From: Candidatus Latescibacterota bacterium
Lineage (GTDB): Bacteria > Latescibacterota > UBA2968 > GCA-2709665
Assembly (NCBI GenBank): GCA_965203805.1
Contig: OZ241917.1
Location: 3,616,001 to 3,680,000, forward strand
Direction: 5' to 3'
Length of the DNA: 64,000 nt
The position numbers and the translations under genes were made by a program. Positions 8,628-21,515 of this stretch are shown one piece after another (the first letter of the stretch is position 1; every line of letters starts with the position of its first letter). The notes under the pieces were generated by a model. The model saw nothing but the letters and a program-made list of their open reading frames with translations. It had not been told where the DNA came from and did not search any database.

Positions 8628-9929
8628 TCACTGCTGCGGCCGGCTTCCGTACCCCAGATCGTAGGGACGAACTTCCACGTAGAGGCGCGCCCGTGTTTCC
8701 GCGATTACCTCGTCAAACCGCTCTTGAAGGCGTACCTGTTGGATGATTCCCTCTATGGCTTCCTGGTCGTCGTTCACCTTTACGACGTGCCATCCGTACT
8801 CCGTCTGTATCGGGGCGCTCACTTCGCCCATGCGCATGGTTTTCACGACGGCCGAGAATTCTGATGGTAAATTTTCTGTCGTGAACGGTCCGGGAAGCCG
8901 CCCGCCCTTCCTGGCGGTCTCCTCGTGCACGGAGTGTTTTCTGGCCAATTCCGCGAAATCCGCTCCAGCCTGAACCTTTTTTGCCAGCTCGAGCGCCTTG
9001 TCGTAGGCGGTCTTCACGTCCCGCGTCGAGGGTTGCAGCGGGATGAGTATGTGCCGCGCCCTTACCTGGTCGCCGGCCGTCGCCTCAACCTTGATGATAT
9101 GGTAACCGAACTTCGTCTTGACCGGCGCGCTGACCTCCCCGGGCCGCAGCGCAAAGGCAGCCTCCTCGAACGCCGGAACCATGCGTCCTCGCGGGAAATA
9201 CCCCAGGTCGCCGCCTTCCTCCCTGCTGCCGACGTCGCTGGAATTCTGCCGGGCCAGCGCCGCGAAGTCCTCGCCCTCTTTCAAGCGGTCGATGATCGCG
9301 TTCGCCTGCGCCCTGACTTCCGCGTCGCGATCGTCGGAGGCTTCGATCGCCAGCAGAATGTGGCTGATACTCAACAGCGGTGGCAGTTCGTCCTTATATC
9401 GGGCCTTATAGTCCTGAACGTCCTTGAATGACACTTCGACCTGTTCGCTCAGGCGCGTGTACATCTGGTGGCGCAGGAAATCCTTTCGCGTCTTCTGACG
9501 ATACTGGTCGCGCAGATCCCGTTCCGTCACACCCCCTTCGGCAAGCTGGCTTGCAAACTCCTCTTCGCCATGTTCGGCCTTGAGTTCCCGGATCTGGGAC
9601 CGCACCGCGCGTTCGATGACCTCCTCGTCTACCTCGATGCTGTCCTCTTCCGCCCTGGCCAGCAGCAGTTTTTCCTGGATCATGTTCTCCAGTATAACCA
9701 CAAACAATTCGCTCACTCTGTCCGGTGTGAGATCATCCCTGCTCATCCCCTGCTGCATGGCAACCAGGGCCATGTTCGACATCACGTCGGATCGCAGGAC
9801 GATCTGATCGTCCACGACCGCCACAATCTGGTCGAGCAGCTGCGGCTTTGCCGCGGCCCTCGCCGCGAACATCGTTGCCAGAGCCGCCGCCGCGATGACA
9901 CGCACGCCCATTGAAAGAGCTTTCGTCAT
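8628..9929 (-). CDS. surA: SurA-like periplasmic chaperone with two parvulin PPIase domains
   Basis: Signal peptide, LDQIVAVVDD, SHILL, GGDLG, FGYHIIKV, RHILI, YGWHVVKV. Confidence 0.88.
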   Translation of the reverse strand: MTKALSMGVRVIAAAALATMFAARAAAKPQLLDQIVAVVDDQIVLRSDVMSNMALVAMQQGMSRDDLTPDRVSELFVVILENMIQEKLLLARAEEDSIEVDEEVIERAVRSQIRELKAEHGEEEFASQLAEGGVTERDLRDQYRQKTRKDFLRHQMYTRLSEQVEVSFKDVQDYKARYKDELPPLLSISHILLAIEASDDRDAEVRAQANAIIDRLKEGEDFAALARQNSSDVGSREEGGDLGYFPRGRMVPAFEEAAFALRPGEVSAPVKTKFGYHIIKVEATAGDQVRARHILIPLQPSTRDVKTAYDKALELAKKVQAGADFAELARKHSVHEETARKGGRLPGPFTTENLPSEFSAVVKTMRMGEVSAPIQTEYGWHVVKVNDDQEAIEGIIQQVRLQERFDEVIAETRARLYVEVRPYDLGYGSRPQQ

Positions 9930-10086
9930 AGTTCCTTGTCTCCGAATGTCGGACAAGCCCCCGCCGCCCTGCAGGGTATGCCCGGTCATGATCCGGTCGC
10001 CCCATTAGTTGACGGCCCGCGCATCGTATGGTTCCAAATGAACCGCCGTAAAAAGGCTGCCGGAATTCGGCCGGGAATATATGCGC

Positions 10087-13000
10087 TCAAACGAGGCTCT
10101 GCAACACCTTTTTGGCATTTGCAAGGCGTTCGCCGGGGCTCTGGCCATCCAACTCGGCCTCGATAAGCACCTGTTCGCCGAGGGAAAAATGCAGCGGTAC
10201 GGGCGCGGCCGCCACCCAGTCCTCCACCTGCTTCCGCGTCAGCGTGCGGTCCTTCGGAAACGTGACTGCCAACATTCGACCCGTCCGCACCGTGTGCGCG
10301 CGAAGCTGCCGAGCCAGCAGCCGCACGGTTATTTTGTCAAGCAGCGCCGCAACGGGCGCCGGCAACTGGCCGAACCGGTCCGCCATCTCCTCTTCCAGCG
10401 CCAGGACCTCCACCGTCTGCCGGCACTCGCCCAGCCGCTGGTAAAACTGCATCTTCAGATCTTCGTCAGAAATATACGCTTCCGGAATATAGGCGGAGAC
10501 GGCCACCTGCACCTCCGGCTCGGCCGCAGGTTCGGCCTGATTGCCGTGAACCTGATCGATGGCTTCATCCAGCAGCCGGCAGTAGAGCTCGAATCCGACC
10601 GCCGCGATATGCCCATGCTGCTGCGCTCCCAGCAGATTGCCCGTCCCCCGGATCTCCATGTCCCGCATTGAAATATTGAAGCCGGATCCCAGATCCGCGA
10701 ATTCCTCGATGGCGCGCAGACGACGGACTGCGGGCTTTTTCAGTGATTTCCACGAAGGTATCAGAAGATATGCATACGCCTGCCGCGCGGAACGTCCCAC
10801 GCGGCCGCGAAGCTGGTAGAGTTGAGCGAGTCCCATCCGGTCGGCGCGGTTCACAATCAGCGTATTCACACTCGGAATATCAAGCCCCGACTCGATAATC
10901 ATTGTCGAAACCAGACAGTCGTACCGGCCTTCGAGAAAATCCATCATCACCTTTTCAAGTTGTCTTTCCGGCATCTGACCATGGGCCACCCCGAACCGCA
11001 CCTGCGGGACGAGCTGCTCGAGAAAATTCACGATGGCCGGCATCGACTGCACCCTGTTGTGGACGAAATACACCTGCCCGCCCCGGTCTATCTCCCGCAA
11101 GATGGCCTCCGCAACCCTCTCTTCGTCAAACGGGAGGACTTCGGTCGTAATCGGCAGGCGGTCTTTCGGAGGCGTACGGATAATCGACATGTCCCGGGCC
11201 CCCATAAGGGACATATGGAGCGTCCTGGGAATCGGAGTCGCCGTCAGCGTCAGGACATCCACCTGCCGTCGTATCTGCTTCAGCCGCTCCTTATGGCGGA
11301 CGCCGAACCGGTGCTCTTCGTCAATCACGAGCAATCCCAGGTCCCTGAACTGAACGTCCTGCGACAACAGGCGGTGCGTGCCCACCGCAACGTCCACCCG
11401 CCCGGCTGTCAGGCCTTCGAGCGCCGTCCGCTGCTCCCGCGGCGTACGGAACCGGCTCAGCACGTCGACGGTAACCGGCAGGCCGTCCATCCGTTCCAGG
11501 AACGTCCGGAAGTGCTGCTGCGCCAGAATGGTGGTTGGCGCCAGCACCGCAACCTGCTTTCCATCGGCCACGGCCTTGAATGCGGCGCGCACCGCCACTT
11601 CGGTCTTCCCGTATCCCACGTCGCCGCACACCAGGCGGTCCATCGGCGCCGACTGTTCCATGTCCTTCTTGACTTCGTGAATCGTCTGGAGTTGATCCCG
11701 GGTCTCCTGGAACGGAAACGAGGCTTCGAGCGCACCCTGGAGTGACGTGTCGTCCGAAAACGTGATGCCGGGCGTCGCCTTCCGCTCCGCGTAGAGAGAC
11801 AGCAACTCCGCCGCCATTTTGAAGACCTCCTTCCTGGCCTTCTCCTTTATGCGTTCCCAGGTTCCCGTCCCCAGTTTACTCAGTGCCGGGACGACACTGT
11901 CCTGTCCCGCATACTTCTGTACGCGGTCCATCTGGTCCACCGGCACGAACACCCGGTCGCCGCCGCGATAGAACATGGTCAGACAGTCCTGCCGGACGCC
12001 GTCGACCGTAAGGTGCTCGATCCCTTCGTAACGCCCGATGCCGTGGTCCACATGGACGACGAAATCTCCCGCTCTGAGGCTCGAAATGCTGCGGATCGGC
12101 GTCGCGTCCTTGAACCGCCGATAGCGGCGGCGACGGCGCGCGCGGGTATAAATCTCGTGGTCGTTCAGCACGAGCACCCGCGCCCCCGGAGACGGGTAGG
12201 CGAAGCCGCTGCGCAGGGTGCCCACGGTTATCGAGATCAGGTGCTCCTCGTCTTCCAGCAGTTCTTCAAACCGGGCTTTCTGGCCCTGGCTCTCGCACAA
12301 CAGCACCACCTCGTAATCCGCCTGCCAGTGGCTCCTCAGATCCTCTCTCAGCGTCTCCAGATGCCCCTCATACCGCCGTCCGCCGACGCCCGAAAAGTGG
12401 ACGCCATCCTCCGAACGTCCGCCCAGCGGCCAGTTCAGGACGCTGCGCATACCGGCCAGCCGCTTCAGAATCGCCTCGGGACGCCGGGCCACGGCGTCCG
12501 CCGGAAGCGGCTCCGGCTCTCCGCGCCTCTTCTTCTGGCGCCGGGCCGCCACCTCCACCCGCGCCCACGCGTCCGCCGCGGCCGTTTCGACGGCGGCGGG
12601 GTCGTCCACCACGACATAACCATCCGAAACATGGTCCAGAAGACAGGTCTTCTCTCTGTACAGAACACCCAGGTAATGCTCAAGTCCGTCGAATGCGCCC
12701 TGGCTCTCCATCAGTTCACGCAGGCCTTCAAGGTTCATCCCAAGCCGCTGTTCGGCTTCGGCCAGGTGCGCCGCGAAGACGTCGTCCAGCGTCTCTACCA
12801 GGACGGCCTCGCGGCACGGCAGCACCCGCACCGTCTCGTGCGTGTCCACCGACCGCTGCGTACCCAGATCGAACGCTCGAATGGATTCCACCTCATCGCC
12901 GAAGAACTCGATTCGGACCGGATGGGCGCCGCCGAACGAGCACACGTCCAGAATACCGCCCCGCACGCTGAACTGCCCCACCCCGCCCACCAGCGTCACA

Positions 13001-13497
13001 CGCTCATAGCCGATATCCACCAGATGTTCAGCCAGAGCGTCCGGCGCGACTTCTTCCCCGATCCGTATTTCCCGAATCGCCAGATCATACAGGTCCGGAG
13101 GCAGCGTGTGGCTCATCAGGGCCTCCACGGGAACGACCACGACCCCGTTCTGTGCCCCCTGCAGTTGATCCAGCGCCTCGAGTCGAAGTCCCATCACGTC
13201 GAGATGGGGAGACCGATGGTCGTAAGGCGACCCGCCCCAGGCGGGGAAAATCCCAACGCGGCTCGGACCCAGCACGCGCTCCAGATCGTCGCGCACTTCT
13301 TCCGCTCGATCCTCGGAAGCGCACACCACCAGAACCGGACCCGTCGCGTTCTCCTCCACCCACGCAATGCCGAACGCCGTAAGCGAACCCGGCAGCCCGC
13401 GCACTGGAATCGAAGGCGCGCGGGACTCGATCAGACGCGCCAGTTCCTCGAATGGCTGCGACTTGACCATCCTGTCGTATATCCGCCTGATCGACAT
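10087..13497 (-). CDS. mfd: Transcription-repair coupling factor
   Basis: VVHVDHGIGRY, CGDVGYGKTEVA, IDEEHRFG, TATPIPRT, QLRGRVGR, TRCF C-terminus. Confidence 0.98.
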   Translation of the reverse strand: MSIRRIYDRMVKSQPFEELARLIESRAPSIPVRGLPGSLTAFGIAWVEENATGPVLVVCASEDRAEEVRDDLERVLGPSRVGIFPAWGGSPYDHRSPHLDVMGLRLEALDQLQGAQNGVVVVPVEALMSHTLPPDLYDLAIREIRIGEEVAPDALAEHLVDIGYERVTLVGGVGQFSVRGGILDVCSFGGAHPVRIEFFGDEVESIRAFDLGTQRSVDTHETVRVLPCREAVLVETLDDVFAAHLAEAEQRLGMNLEGLRELMESQGAFDGLEHYLGVLYREKTCLLDHVSDGYVVVDDPAAVETAAADAWARVEVAARRQKKRRGEPEPLPADAVARRPEAILKRLAGMRSVLNWPLGGRSEDGVHFSGVGGRRYEGHLETLREDLRSHWQADYEVVLLCESQGQKARFEELLEDEEHLISITVGTLRSGFAYPSPGARVLVLNDHEIYTRARRRRRYRRFKDATPIRSISSLRAGDFVVHVDHGIGRYEGIEHLTVDGVRQDCLTMFYRGGDRVFVPVDQMDRVQKYAGQDSVVPALSKLGTGTWERIKEKARKEVFKMAAELLSLYAERKATPGITFSDDTSLQGALEASFPFQETRDQLQTIHEVKKDMEQSAPMDRLVCGDVGYGKTEVAVRAAFKAVADGKQVAVLAPTTILAQQHFRTFLERMDGLPVTVDVLSRFRTPREQRTALEGLTAGRVDVAVGTHRLLSQDVQFRDLGLLVIDEEHRFGVRHKERLKQIRRQVDVLTLTATPIPRTLHMSLMGARDMSIIRTPPKDRLPITTEVLPFDEERVAEAILREIDRGGQVYFVHNRVQSMPAIVNFLEQLVPQVRFGVAHGQMPERQLEKVMMDFLEGRYDCLVSTMIIESGLDIPSVNTLIVNRADRMGLAQLYQLRGRVGRSARQAYAYLLIPSWKSLKKPAVRRLRAIEEFADLGSGFNISMRDMEIRGTGNLLGAQQHGHIAAVGFELYCRLLDEAIDQVHGNQAEPAAEPEVQVAVSAYIPEAYISDEDLKMQFYQRLGECRQTVEVLALEEEMADRFGQLPAPVAALLDKITVRLLARQLRAHTVRTGRMLAVTFPKDRTLTRKQVEDWVAAAPVPLHFSLGEQVLIEAELDGQSPGERLANAKKVLQSLV

Positions 13498-13611
13498 TCA
13501 AACCCCCTCAAGTGTCCCGTCCCGTCCGACGCCACCCGTGCGCACGATAAAGAAGCCGACGGCGAAAATAAAAATCACGCAACGCCGCTTTCGGGGACCA
13601 GCCGAAACGCC

Positions 13612-13640
13612 AAAAAGCCCGACCCTGGATTGAGTCGGGC
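13612..13640 (-). terminator. Second terminator downstream of tRNA-Asp
   Basis: Minus strand GCCCGACTC-aatcca-GGGTCGGGC-TTTTT. Confidence 0.7.
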
Positions 13641-13657
13641 ATCTCCGGTACAAACAC

Positions 13658-13686
13658 AAAAAACCACCCGATCCGCATCGGGTGAT
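13658..13686 (-). terminator. First terminator downstream of tRNA-Asp
   Basis: Minus strand CACCCGAT-gcgg-ATCGGGTG-GTTTTTT. Confidence 0.75.
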
Positions 13687-13762
13687 GCGGCGGGCGTTCG
13701 CAATGCGCCGAACTTCGGAGCGCGTTCCCCGGAGGCCTTCCGACGGCCGTCCTTTGTTTAAA

Positions 13763-13841
13763 TGGCGGGGTAGACGGGACTCGAACCCGCGACCTCAGGC
13801 TTGACAGGCCTGCACTCTCACCAATGCTGAGCTACTACCCC
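13763..13841 (-). tRNA. tRNA-Asp(GTC)
   Basis: GGGGTAG acceptor stem, anticodon arm CAGGC-CT-GTC-AA-GCCTG, GGTTCGAGTCC T-arm, encoded CCA. Confidence 0.97.
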
Positions 13842-13881
13842 GCATCACCGGCACAAATCAACTGTCATTTGAGCGGGCGTA

Positions 13882-13910
13882 AAGATAACATAGCCCCCTG
13901 AAGCTGTCAA
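13882..13910 (-). promoter_or_regulatory. sigma70-type promoter of tRNA-Asp
   Basis: TTGACA-17 bp-TATCTT with extended TG. Confidence 0.75.
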
Positions 13911-14083
13911 GCCCTTTCAGGCAAATTCCGCTGCTTCGCGGGGTGTCCCTCCTTGCCTCGCTCTCCCCTTTGTCTTATATTGATCCCTTGCTTCCGTTCC
14001 GTCCATCTTCCAGGGTCATTTCCGCGGCGGATACGACCTTCAGGAATACGCGGCCAATAAATCTCCAGACCGTGGAATCCAGC

Positions 14084-15391
14084 ATGTCCAATCACCGATC
14101 CGTCGGTATCGGTCTTATCGGCATGGGCGTCGTCGGCGCCGGCGTCGTCCGCATACTCAGAGAACGTGCCGGCTATTTCAGGTCCATACGTGGCGTGCCG
14201 CTAGACCTGAGGCGCATCGCCGTGAGGGATATCTCCAAGACGCGCGATCCGGATCTGCCCGCGGATATCCTCACCGGCAGCGCCCGTGAGGTCGTTGAAG
14301 ATCCGGACATCCAGATTGTCGTTGAAGTGATGGGTGGGCTGGATCCCGCCCGGGAATACTGCCTTGAGGTGCTGGAGAACGGAAAAGACCTGGCAACCGC
14401 GAATAAAGCCCTGCTCGCGGAACAGGGTGACGACCTTTTCAGCGCCGCCGCGCGAAACGGCGCAAACATCGGCTTCGAAGCCAGCGTCTGCGGCGGCATA
14501 CCCATCATCCGATCGCTGACGGATGGTCTGGCGGCGAACCGAATCCAGTCCATTTACGGTATTCTCAATGGCACCACCAACTACATTCTCACCCGAATGA
14601 CCGACGATGGCGGAGACTTTCAGGCCATGCTGCGCCGGGCGCAGGAAAAGGGTTTCGCCGAGGCGGATCCGACCATGGACGTCGACGGTACGGACGTCGC
14701 GCAGAAACTCGCCCTTCTGTGCCGCATCGCCTTCCGTGTCGGCCTGGATCCCGCACATATTCTCAAAGAGGGCATCTCGCACGTTTCTCCGCTGGATATC
14801 GACTTTGCGGGAGAACTCGGGTATACCATCAAGCTCCTGGCCATCGCGAAGGCGATCGGAACCCGCATTGAAGCCCGCGTCCACCCGTGCCTTGTGCCCT
14901 CCGGCGCACTGCTGGCAAATATCAAGGACGAATTCAACGCCGTGGAGATCGTGGGCAATGCCGCCGGTCCTCAGGTCCTGTACGGCCGCGGCGCCGGGCA
15001 GATGCCCACGGCCGGTGCCGTCGTCTCCGATCTGCTCGACCTGGCGGAACGCCGGCTGACGGGCCGGGCCTCGGGTCGCGCGGCTCTTGCGGGCCTGCCC
15101 CGTGCCGACGCCATTCCTCCGGAAGAAATCGAAACCAGCTTCTACTGCCGCTTTACGGTATTTGACCGGCCCGGCGTCCTCGCCAGGATCGCCCGTATCT
15201 TTTCAGAGCAGGACATCAGCATCGCGACCGTGATTCAGCACGGCCGGTCTGAAACCGAACTGGGCACCGTTCCGCTCATTATGACGACCCACGAAGCCCG
15301 CGAAGCCAGCATGTGCACGGCGGTTCAGCAGATCGACCGACTTTCCGTAATCACCGAGCCCTCGCAGATCCTCCGCATCGAAGCGCTTTAG
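14084..15391 (+). CDS. hom: Homoserine dehydrogenase with C-terminal ACT domain
   Basis: GLIGMGVVG, TANKA, FEASVCGGIP, GILNGTTNYIL, GRGAG, DRPGVLA. Confidence 0.96.
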   Translation: MSNHRSVGIGLIGMGVVGAGVVRILRERAGYFRSIRGVPLDLRRIAVRDISKTRDPDLPADILTGSAREVVEDPDIQIVVEVMGGLDPAREYCLEVLENGKDLATANKALLAEQGDDLFSAAARNGANIGFEASVCGGIPIIRSLTDGLAANRIQSIYGILNGTTNYILTRMTDDGGDFQAMLRRAQEKGFAEADPTMDVDGTDVAQKLALLCRIAFRVGLDPAHILKEGISHVSPLDIDFAGELGYTIKLLAIAKAIGTRIEARVHPCLVPSGALLANIKDEFNAVEIVGNAAGPQVLYGRGAGQMPTAGAVVSDLLDLAERRLTGRASGRAALAGLPRADAIPPEEIETSFYCRFTVFDRPGVLARIARIFSEQDISIATVIQHGRSETELGTVPLIMTTHEAREASMCTAVQQIDRLSVITEPSQILRIEAL

Positions 15392-15421
15392 AAGTACCCG
15401 CGGGGGCCACGGCCTGAACGC

Positions 15422-17908
15422 TTATTTCGAGTCTCCGTTCGGACCGGAATCCGGCGGAAGGCCCTCCGATCCGTCCCCGTTATTCTGGGAAACCACGCGG
15501 GCAACGTCCATCACCTCGTCGTCCTCGTCGAGATTGATGAGACGCACGCCCTGTGTATTCCTGCCGATCGAACTGATTTCACCGATCGGCTGCCGGATCA
15601 GAATGCCGTTCAGGGTCACGATTATCAGTTCATCTTCATCCACCACGCCTCTCACAGCCACCACCTTGCCGTTGCGCTCGGAGGTCCTGATATTGATCAC
15701 CCCCTTGCCGCCGCGGCGAGTCAGCCTGTAATCCGAGACCCCTGTCCGTTTGCCGTATCCCTTTGCCGAGACCGTCAGCAGGGTGCTTTCGGCGTCCTGA
15801 ACCACCACCATGCACACCACTTCGTCGCCTTCGTCAAGGGAGATGCCCCGCACTCCCCGGGTCCCCCGGCCCATGTCGCGCACTTCCTGTTCGTGAAACC
15901 GGACGGCCTGGCCATTTCGGGTTGCCAGCACAATTTCCTGTGACCCGCTGGTAACTTCGGCGCCGATCAACCGGTCGTCATCCATGATGTTCATCGCTAT
16001 GATACCGCCGCGCCGCGGCCGGCTGTACGCGGGCAGGACCGTCTTTTTGACCAGCCCGTTTCGCGTCACTTTCATCAGATATCGCCCGTCTTCAAATGCC
16101 TTTACAGGGACGATCGCGGCCACCTTGTGACTCTCGCCGATCTCGATCAGGTTGACCACCGGCCGCCCGCGCGAAACACGCCCGCCTTCGGGAATTTCGT
16201 GGACCTTCAACCAGTGGCAGTGACCCCTATCCGTCAGAAACAGAATGTAGCTGTGGGTGGACGCGATGAACAGATGCTCCACGAAATCCTCTTTCTTGGT
16301 CCGCATACCCGTCACCCCTCGCCCGCCCCTGCGCTGTTGCCGATAGGCGTCCACCGGAATTCGTTTGATATATCCCTGGTGGGAAATGGTGATGACCATA
16401 TCCTCGTCGGCGATCAGGTCTTCGATGTTGAATTCCGATGCCGATAAAACGATGTCGGTCCGTCGGTCATCTCCGTACTTCGCCTCGACCTCCAGCAGTT
16501 CCGACCTTACAAGCTCCATCCGCTCCGGCCTGCTGTTCAGAATCGACTTGAGCCGTTCGATCTCTTTGACCAGGGCTTCGTACTCCTCTTCGATCTTCCT
16601 GTGTTCGAGTCCCGTCAGCCGCTGTATGGTCATCGTCAGAACCGCCTGCGCCTGTCTTTCGGACAGGGAAAGCCGTTCCATCAGGATCGTCCGGGCGGAT
16701 TCCGGATCCTCGGCTCTCCGGACGATTTGAATCACCTCTTCAATCGCATCCAGCGCAATTCGCAATCCTTCCAGGATATGCGCGCGGTCTTCGGCGACCT
16801 GAAGCTCGTAGGAGGTCCGCCTCACCACCACGGCGTGCCGGTGATCGATATAGTGTTGAAGCAGCTGTTTCAGGTTCAGTTGCCTGGGCTGCCTGTCGAC
16901 CAGTGCGATCATATTGGCGCCGAACGTGCTTTCCAGCTGGGTATGTCTGTAGAGCTGGTTCAGGACCACCTCGCTGTAGGCATCCTGTTTCAGCTCCACC
17001 ACCACCCGCATCCCCTTGCGGTCGGACTCATCCCGGATATTCGAAATCCCTTCGATGCGCTTCTCCCGAACCAGATCGGCCATCTTCTCCAGCAACGCGG
17101 CCTTGGCGACCATATAGGGGATTTCGGTAATGACGATGTTTTCGCGTCCGTTCTTCAAGGACTCCACCGTGGCGGTCGCCCGCACCCGGATCAGCCCCCG
17201 GCCGGTACGGTAGGCGTCCAGCACGCCGCTCATCCCGTAAATCACACCGCCGGTGGGAAAGTCAGGACACTTAATGTATTCCATGAGATCCATGACATCC
17301 AGGTCGGGGTTGTCGATCAGCGCCACCAGACCGGCGACCACTTCGCGAAGGTTGTGCGGGGGAATCGCCGTGGCCATGGTCACGGCAATACCAACGGCTC
17401 CGTTGCAGAGCATATTCGGAAAGCGGGAGGGCAGGACGGCGGGTTCCTCGAGCCGTTCGTCGTAATTCGGGTGGAAATCCACCGTATCCTTGTCGAGATC
17501 CTGTAACATCTCGCTGCCCGCGCCGGCCATTCTCGCCTCGGTATACCGCATCGCCGCGGGGGGATATCCGTCAATTGAGCCGAAATTGCCCTGTCCGTCA
17601 ACGAGCGGATAGCGCAGCTTGAAGTCCTGCGCCAGATTGACCAGCGTCGGGTAGACGATTTCCTCGCCGTGAGGATGGTAGTTGCCGGATGTATGCCCGG
17701 CAATGTTGGCGCACTTCCTGTGCTGCCTGGCGGGACCCAGGCCCAGGTCGTTCATGGCGATGAGGATGCGCCGTTGCGAGGGCTTAAGCCCGTCGCGCAC
17801 ATCCGGCAACGCACGATTCACCAGCGTGCTCATGGAATAGTCCAGCATGGACTTCTTCAGTTCGTCGCCGATGTCCATCGGGACAATCCGCTGCCGCTCG
17901 CTCATCAT
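15422..17908 (-). CDS. gyrA: DNA gyrase subunit A
   Basis: [24 protein letters not shown] (catalytic Tyr), GyrA box QRRGGRG, beta-pinwheel repeats. Confidence 0.98.
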   Translation of the reverse strand: MMSERQRIVPMDIGDELKKSMLDYSMSTLVNRALPDVRDGLKPSQRRILIAMNDLGLGPARQHRKCANIAGHTSGNYHPHGEEIVYPTLVNLAQDFKLRYPLVDGQGNFGSIDGYPPAAMRYTEARMAGAGSEMLQDLDKDTVDFHPNYDERLEEPAVLPSRFPNMLCNGAVGIAVTMATAIPPHNLREVVAGLVALIDNPDLDVMDLMEYIKCPDFPTGGVIYGMSGVLDAYRTGRGLIRVRATATVESLKNGRENIVITEIPYMVAKAALLEKMADLVREKRIEGISNIRDESDRKGMRVVVELKQDAYSEVVLNQLYRHTQLESTFGANMIALVDRQPRQLNLKQLLQHYIDHRHAVVVRRTSYELQVAEDRAHILEGLRIALDAIEEVIQIVRRAEDPESARTILMERLSLSERQAQAVLTMTIQRLTGLEHRKIEEEYEALVKEIERLKSILNSRPERMELVRSELLEVEAKYGDDRRTDIVLSASEFNIEDLIADEDMVITISHQGYIKRIPVDAYRQQRRGGRGVTGMRTKKEDFVEHLFIASTHSYILFLTDRGHCHWLKVHEIPEGGRVSRGRPVVNLIEIGESHKVAAIVPVKAFEDGRYLMKVTRNGLVKKTVLPAYSRPRRGGIIAMNIMDDDRLIGAEVTSGSQEIVLATRNGQAVRFHEQEVRDMGRGTRGVRGISLDEGDEVVCMVVVQDAESTLLTVSAKGYGKRTGVSDYRLTRRGGKGVINIRTSERNGKVVAVRGVVDEDELIIVTLNGILIRQPIGEISSIGRNTQGVRLINLDEDDEVMDVARVVSQNNGDGSEGLPPDSGPNGDSK

Positions 17909-17979
17909 GCTCCGTATCTCCCGTGTTTGTCAGTTAACCGCCCGATCCTGCGAGGCGGCAGGACAGGCTGGATACGCCA

Positions 17980-19944
<1,965 letters not shown>

Positions 19945-20044
19945 TCAACTCCTTGTTCGGATCGTTGTGTATCCCGGCTGTTACAGACAAACCGTTACCG
20001 CTGCGGGTTCGTGGCGGTACCGCGTATGCCGCCGCGGCCGCCGT

Positions 20045-20392
20045 TCATCTGCCGAAGCGAATCGAGGTTACGACGTCGCGTCCCAGGGCATCGTTTAACT
20101 TTGCCTGTATCCGAAGACGTTCCAATAACAACAGGTGGCGCATCGCGTCGTGCCTGATCCAGATGACAAGCTCGCCCCGGTGAATCTCGGCCGGACGCGC
20201 CATTGCATCCGGCAGACCGGTGATTTCGTCGATCACCTCCGGCAACAGCATCAGCGCACGCTGCTCCATGAGCTTGGCGTCGATGCCGAGGCCCCGTATG
20301 GCGGCCCTCAGGGCCTCTCCCAGGGCAACGGCGCCTGCGCCAGTGCGACCGGACAGACGCGGCCGGCTTCCGGTTTCCTTGACGTGTCGCAA
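20045..20392 (-). CDS. DUF721/DciA-family protein
   Basis: Sits in the canonical position between recF and gyrB. Pattern LGEAL...LGIDAKL...GELVI...KLNDALG..VVTSIRF. Confidence 0.75.
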   Translation of the reverse strand: MRHVKETGSRPRLSGRTGAGAVALGEALRAAIRGLGIDAKLMEQRALMLLPEVIDEITGLPDAMARPAEIHRGELVIWIRHDAMRHLLLLERLRIQAKLNDALGRDVVTSIRFGR

Positions 20393-20419
20393 TTCTCACT
20401 CCCGGCTGCGCCATCCCGA

Positions 20420-21502
20420 TTACAGCGACAACAGTTGGAATCCCCGGTCCTTGAAATTCACATCCGGTTCGCGCGCGGACGTTATGAGGACCTGCCCGAA
20501 CGACGCGACAAGATCGATGGCCGCCTCTGCCCTGTGTTGATCCAGTTCCGCGAAAATGTCGTCCATCAGCAGCACCGGCGGACGGCCGGTGTGCGACGCA
20601 AGAAAGACTGCTTCGGCGAGTTTCCAGGACAGCAGAATGCTCTTGTGCTGGCCTTTCGAGGCAAACTTGTGCGCGCTTCGGCCATCCAGGGTGAAAACCA
20701 GATTGTCCCTGTGCGGGCCGACCAGCGTATAACCCAGACCCGCTTCGTCTACCCGCCGACGCTTGAGTTCCGCCTCCAGTATCTCCTGACCGCGTTCTCG
20801 TTCGTCGGCCTTTACGGGACTTCGGTAGACGGATGCGATCTGCTCTTTGCTGCGCGAAATCTGTCGGTAATACGCATCGATTGTGGGCCGCATCGCGTCC
20901 AGCGCGTCCATCCTGGCTCGAATTATCCGCGCGCCGAGTTCCGCCAGCTGTACGTCCCATGGGGCCAGCTGCCGTACATCCAGCGCATACTCCCGACCTT
21001 CTTTCAGCAACCGGTTCCTCTGAGCCAGCACACGTCGGTACTGATCCAGATCGGACAGATAGGAGGTCTGGCACTGAGAAACAAGGATGTCCAGGAGACG
21101 ACGGCGCTGGGGGGGATCCCGCAAGACAAGGTCTACATCTTCCGGGAAGAACAGAACTGCGTTAAAGGTGCCGATCAGGCTCGAAAGTCGGGGGAGTGGG
21201 GATGCATCCAGAAGCGCTCTTTTTTTGCCGACGCGCCGGTCGAAGGCGATTCGAATCGATCTCGTGCGGTCTTCGAAGGCAAACGACGCATCGATGCTGA
21301 AGTATTCCGTCCCCCACCGAACGACGTCCCTGTCTCTCGACCCGCGCCCGGACCGGGCTATGGCAAGGAAATATATGGCTTCCAGCAGATTCGACTTGCC
21401 CGCGCCGTTTTCCGCGCAAACCGCGGTCTTCCGGCCCGGAAACTCAAAATCGGCGGCATCGAAATTTCGATAGTTGACAAGCTTGAGCGCCGTAAGGTAC
21501 AA
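20420..21502 (-). CDS. recF: DNA replication and repair protein RecF
   Basis: NYRN, ENGAGKSNLLEAI, GPHRD, SKGQ, LLMDDIFAELD. Confidence 0.96.
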   Translation of the reverse strand: MYLTALKLVNYRNFDAADFEFPGRKTAVCAENGAGKSNLLEAIYFLAIARSGRGSRDRDVVRWGTEYFSIDASFAFEDRTRSIRIAFDRRVGKKRALLDASPLPRLSSLIGTFNAVLFFPEDVDLVLRDPPQRRRLLDILVSQCQTSYLSDLDQYRRVLAQRNRLLKEGREYALDVRQLAPWDVQLAELGARIIRARMDALDAMRPTIDAYYRQISRSKEQIASVYRSPVKADERERGQEILEAELKRRRVDEAGLGYTLVGPHRDNLVFTLDGRSAHKFASKGQHKSILLSWKLAEAVFLASHTGRPPVLLMDDIFAELDQHRAEAAIDLVASFGQVLITSAREPDVNFKDRGFQLLSL

Positions 21503-21515
21503 AACCTGTTGCCCA

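Noticed and set aside
13763-13841. tRNA-Asp as an island integration site
   Set aside because: I saw no duplicated tRNA 3' end and no integrase in the window.
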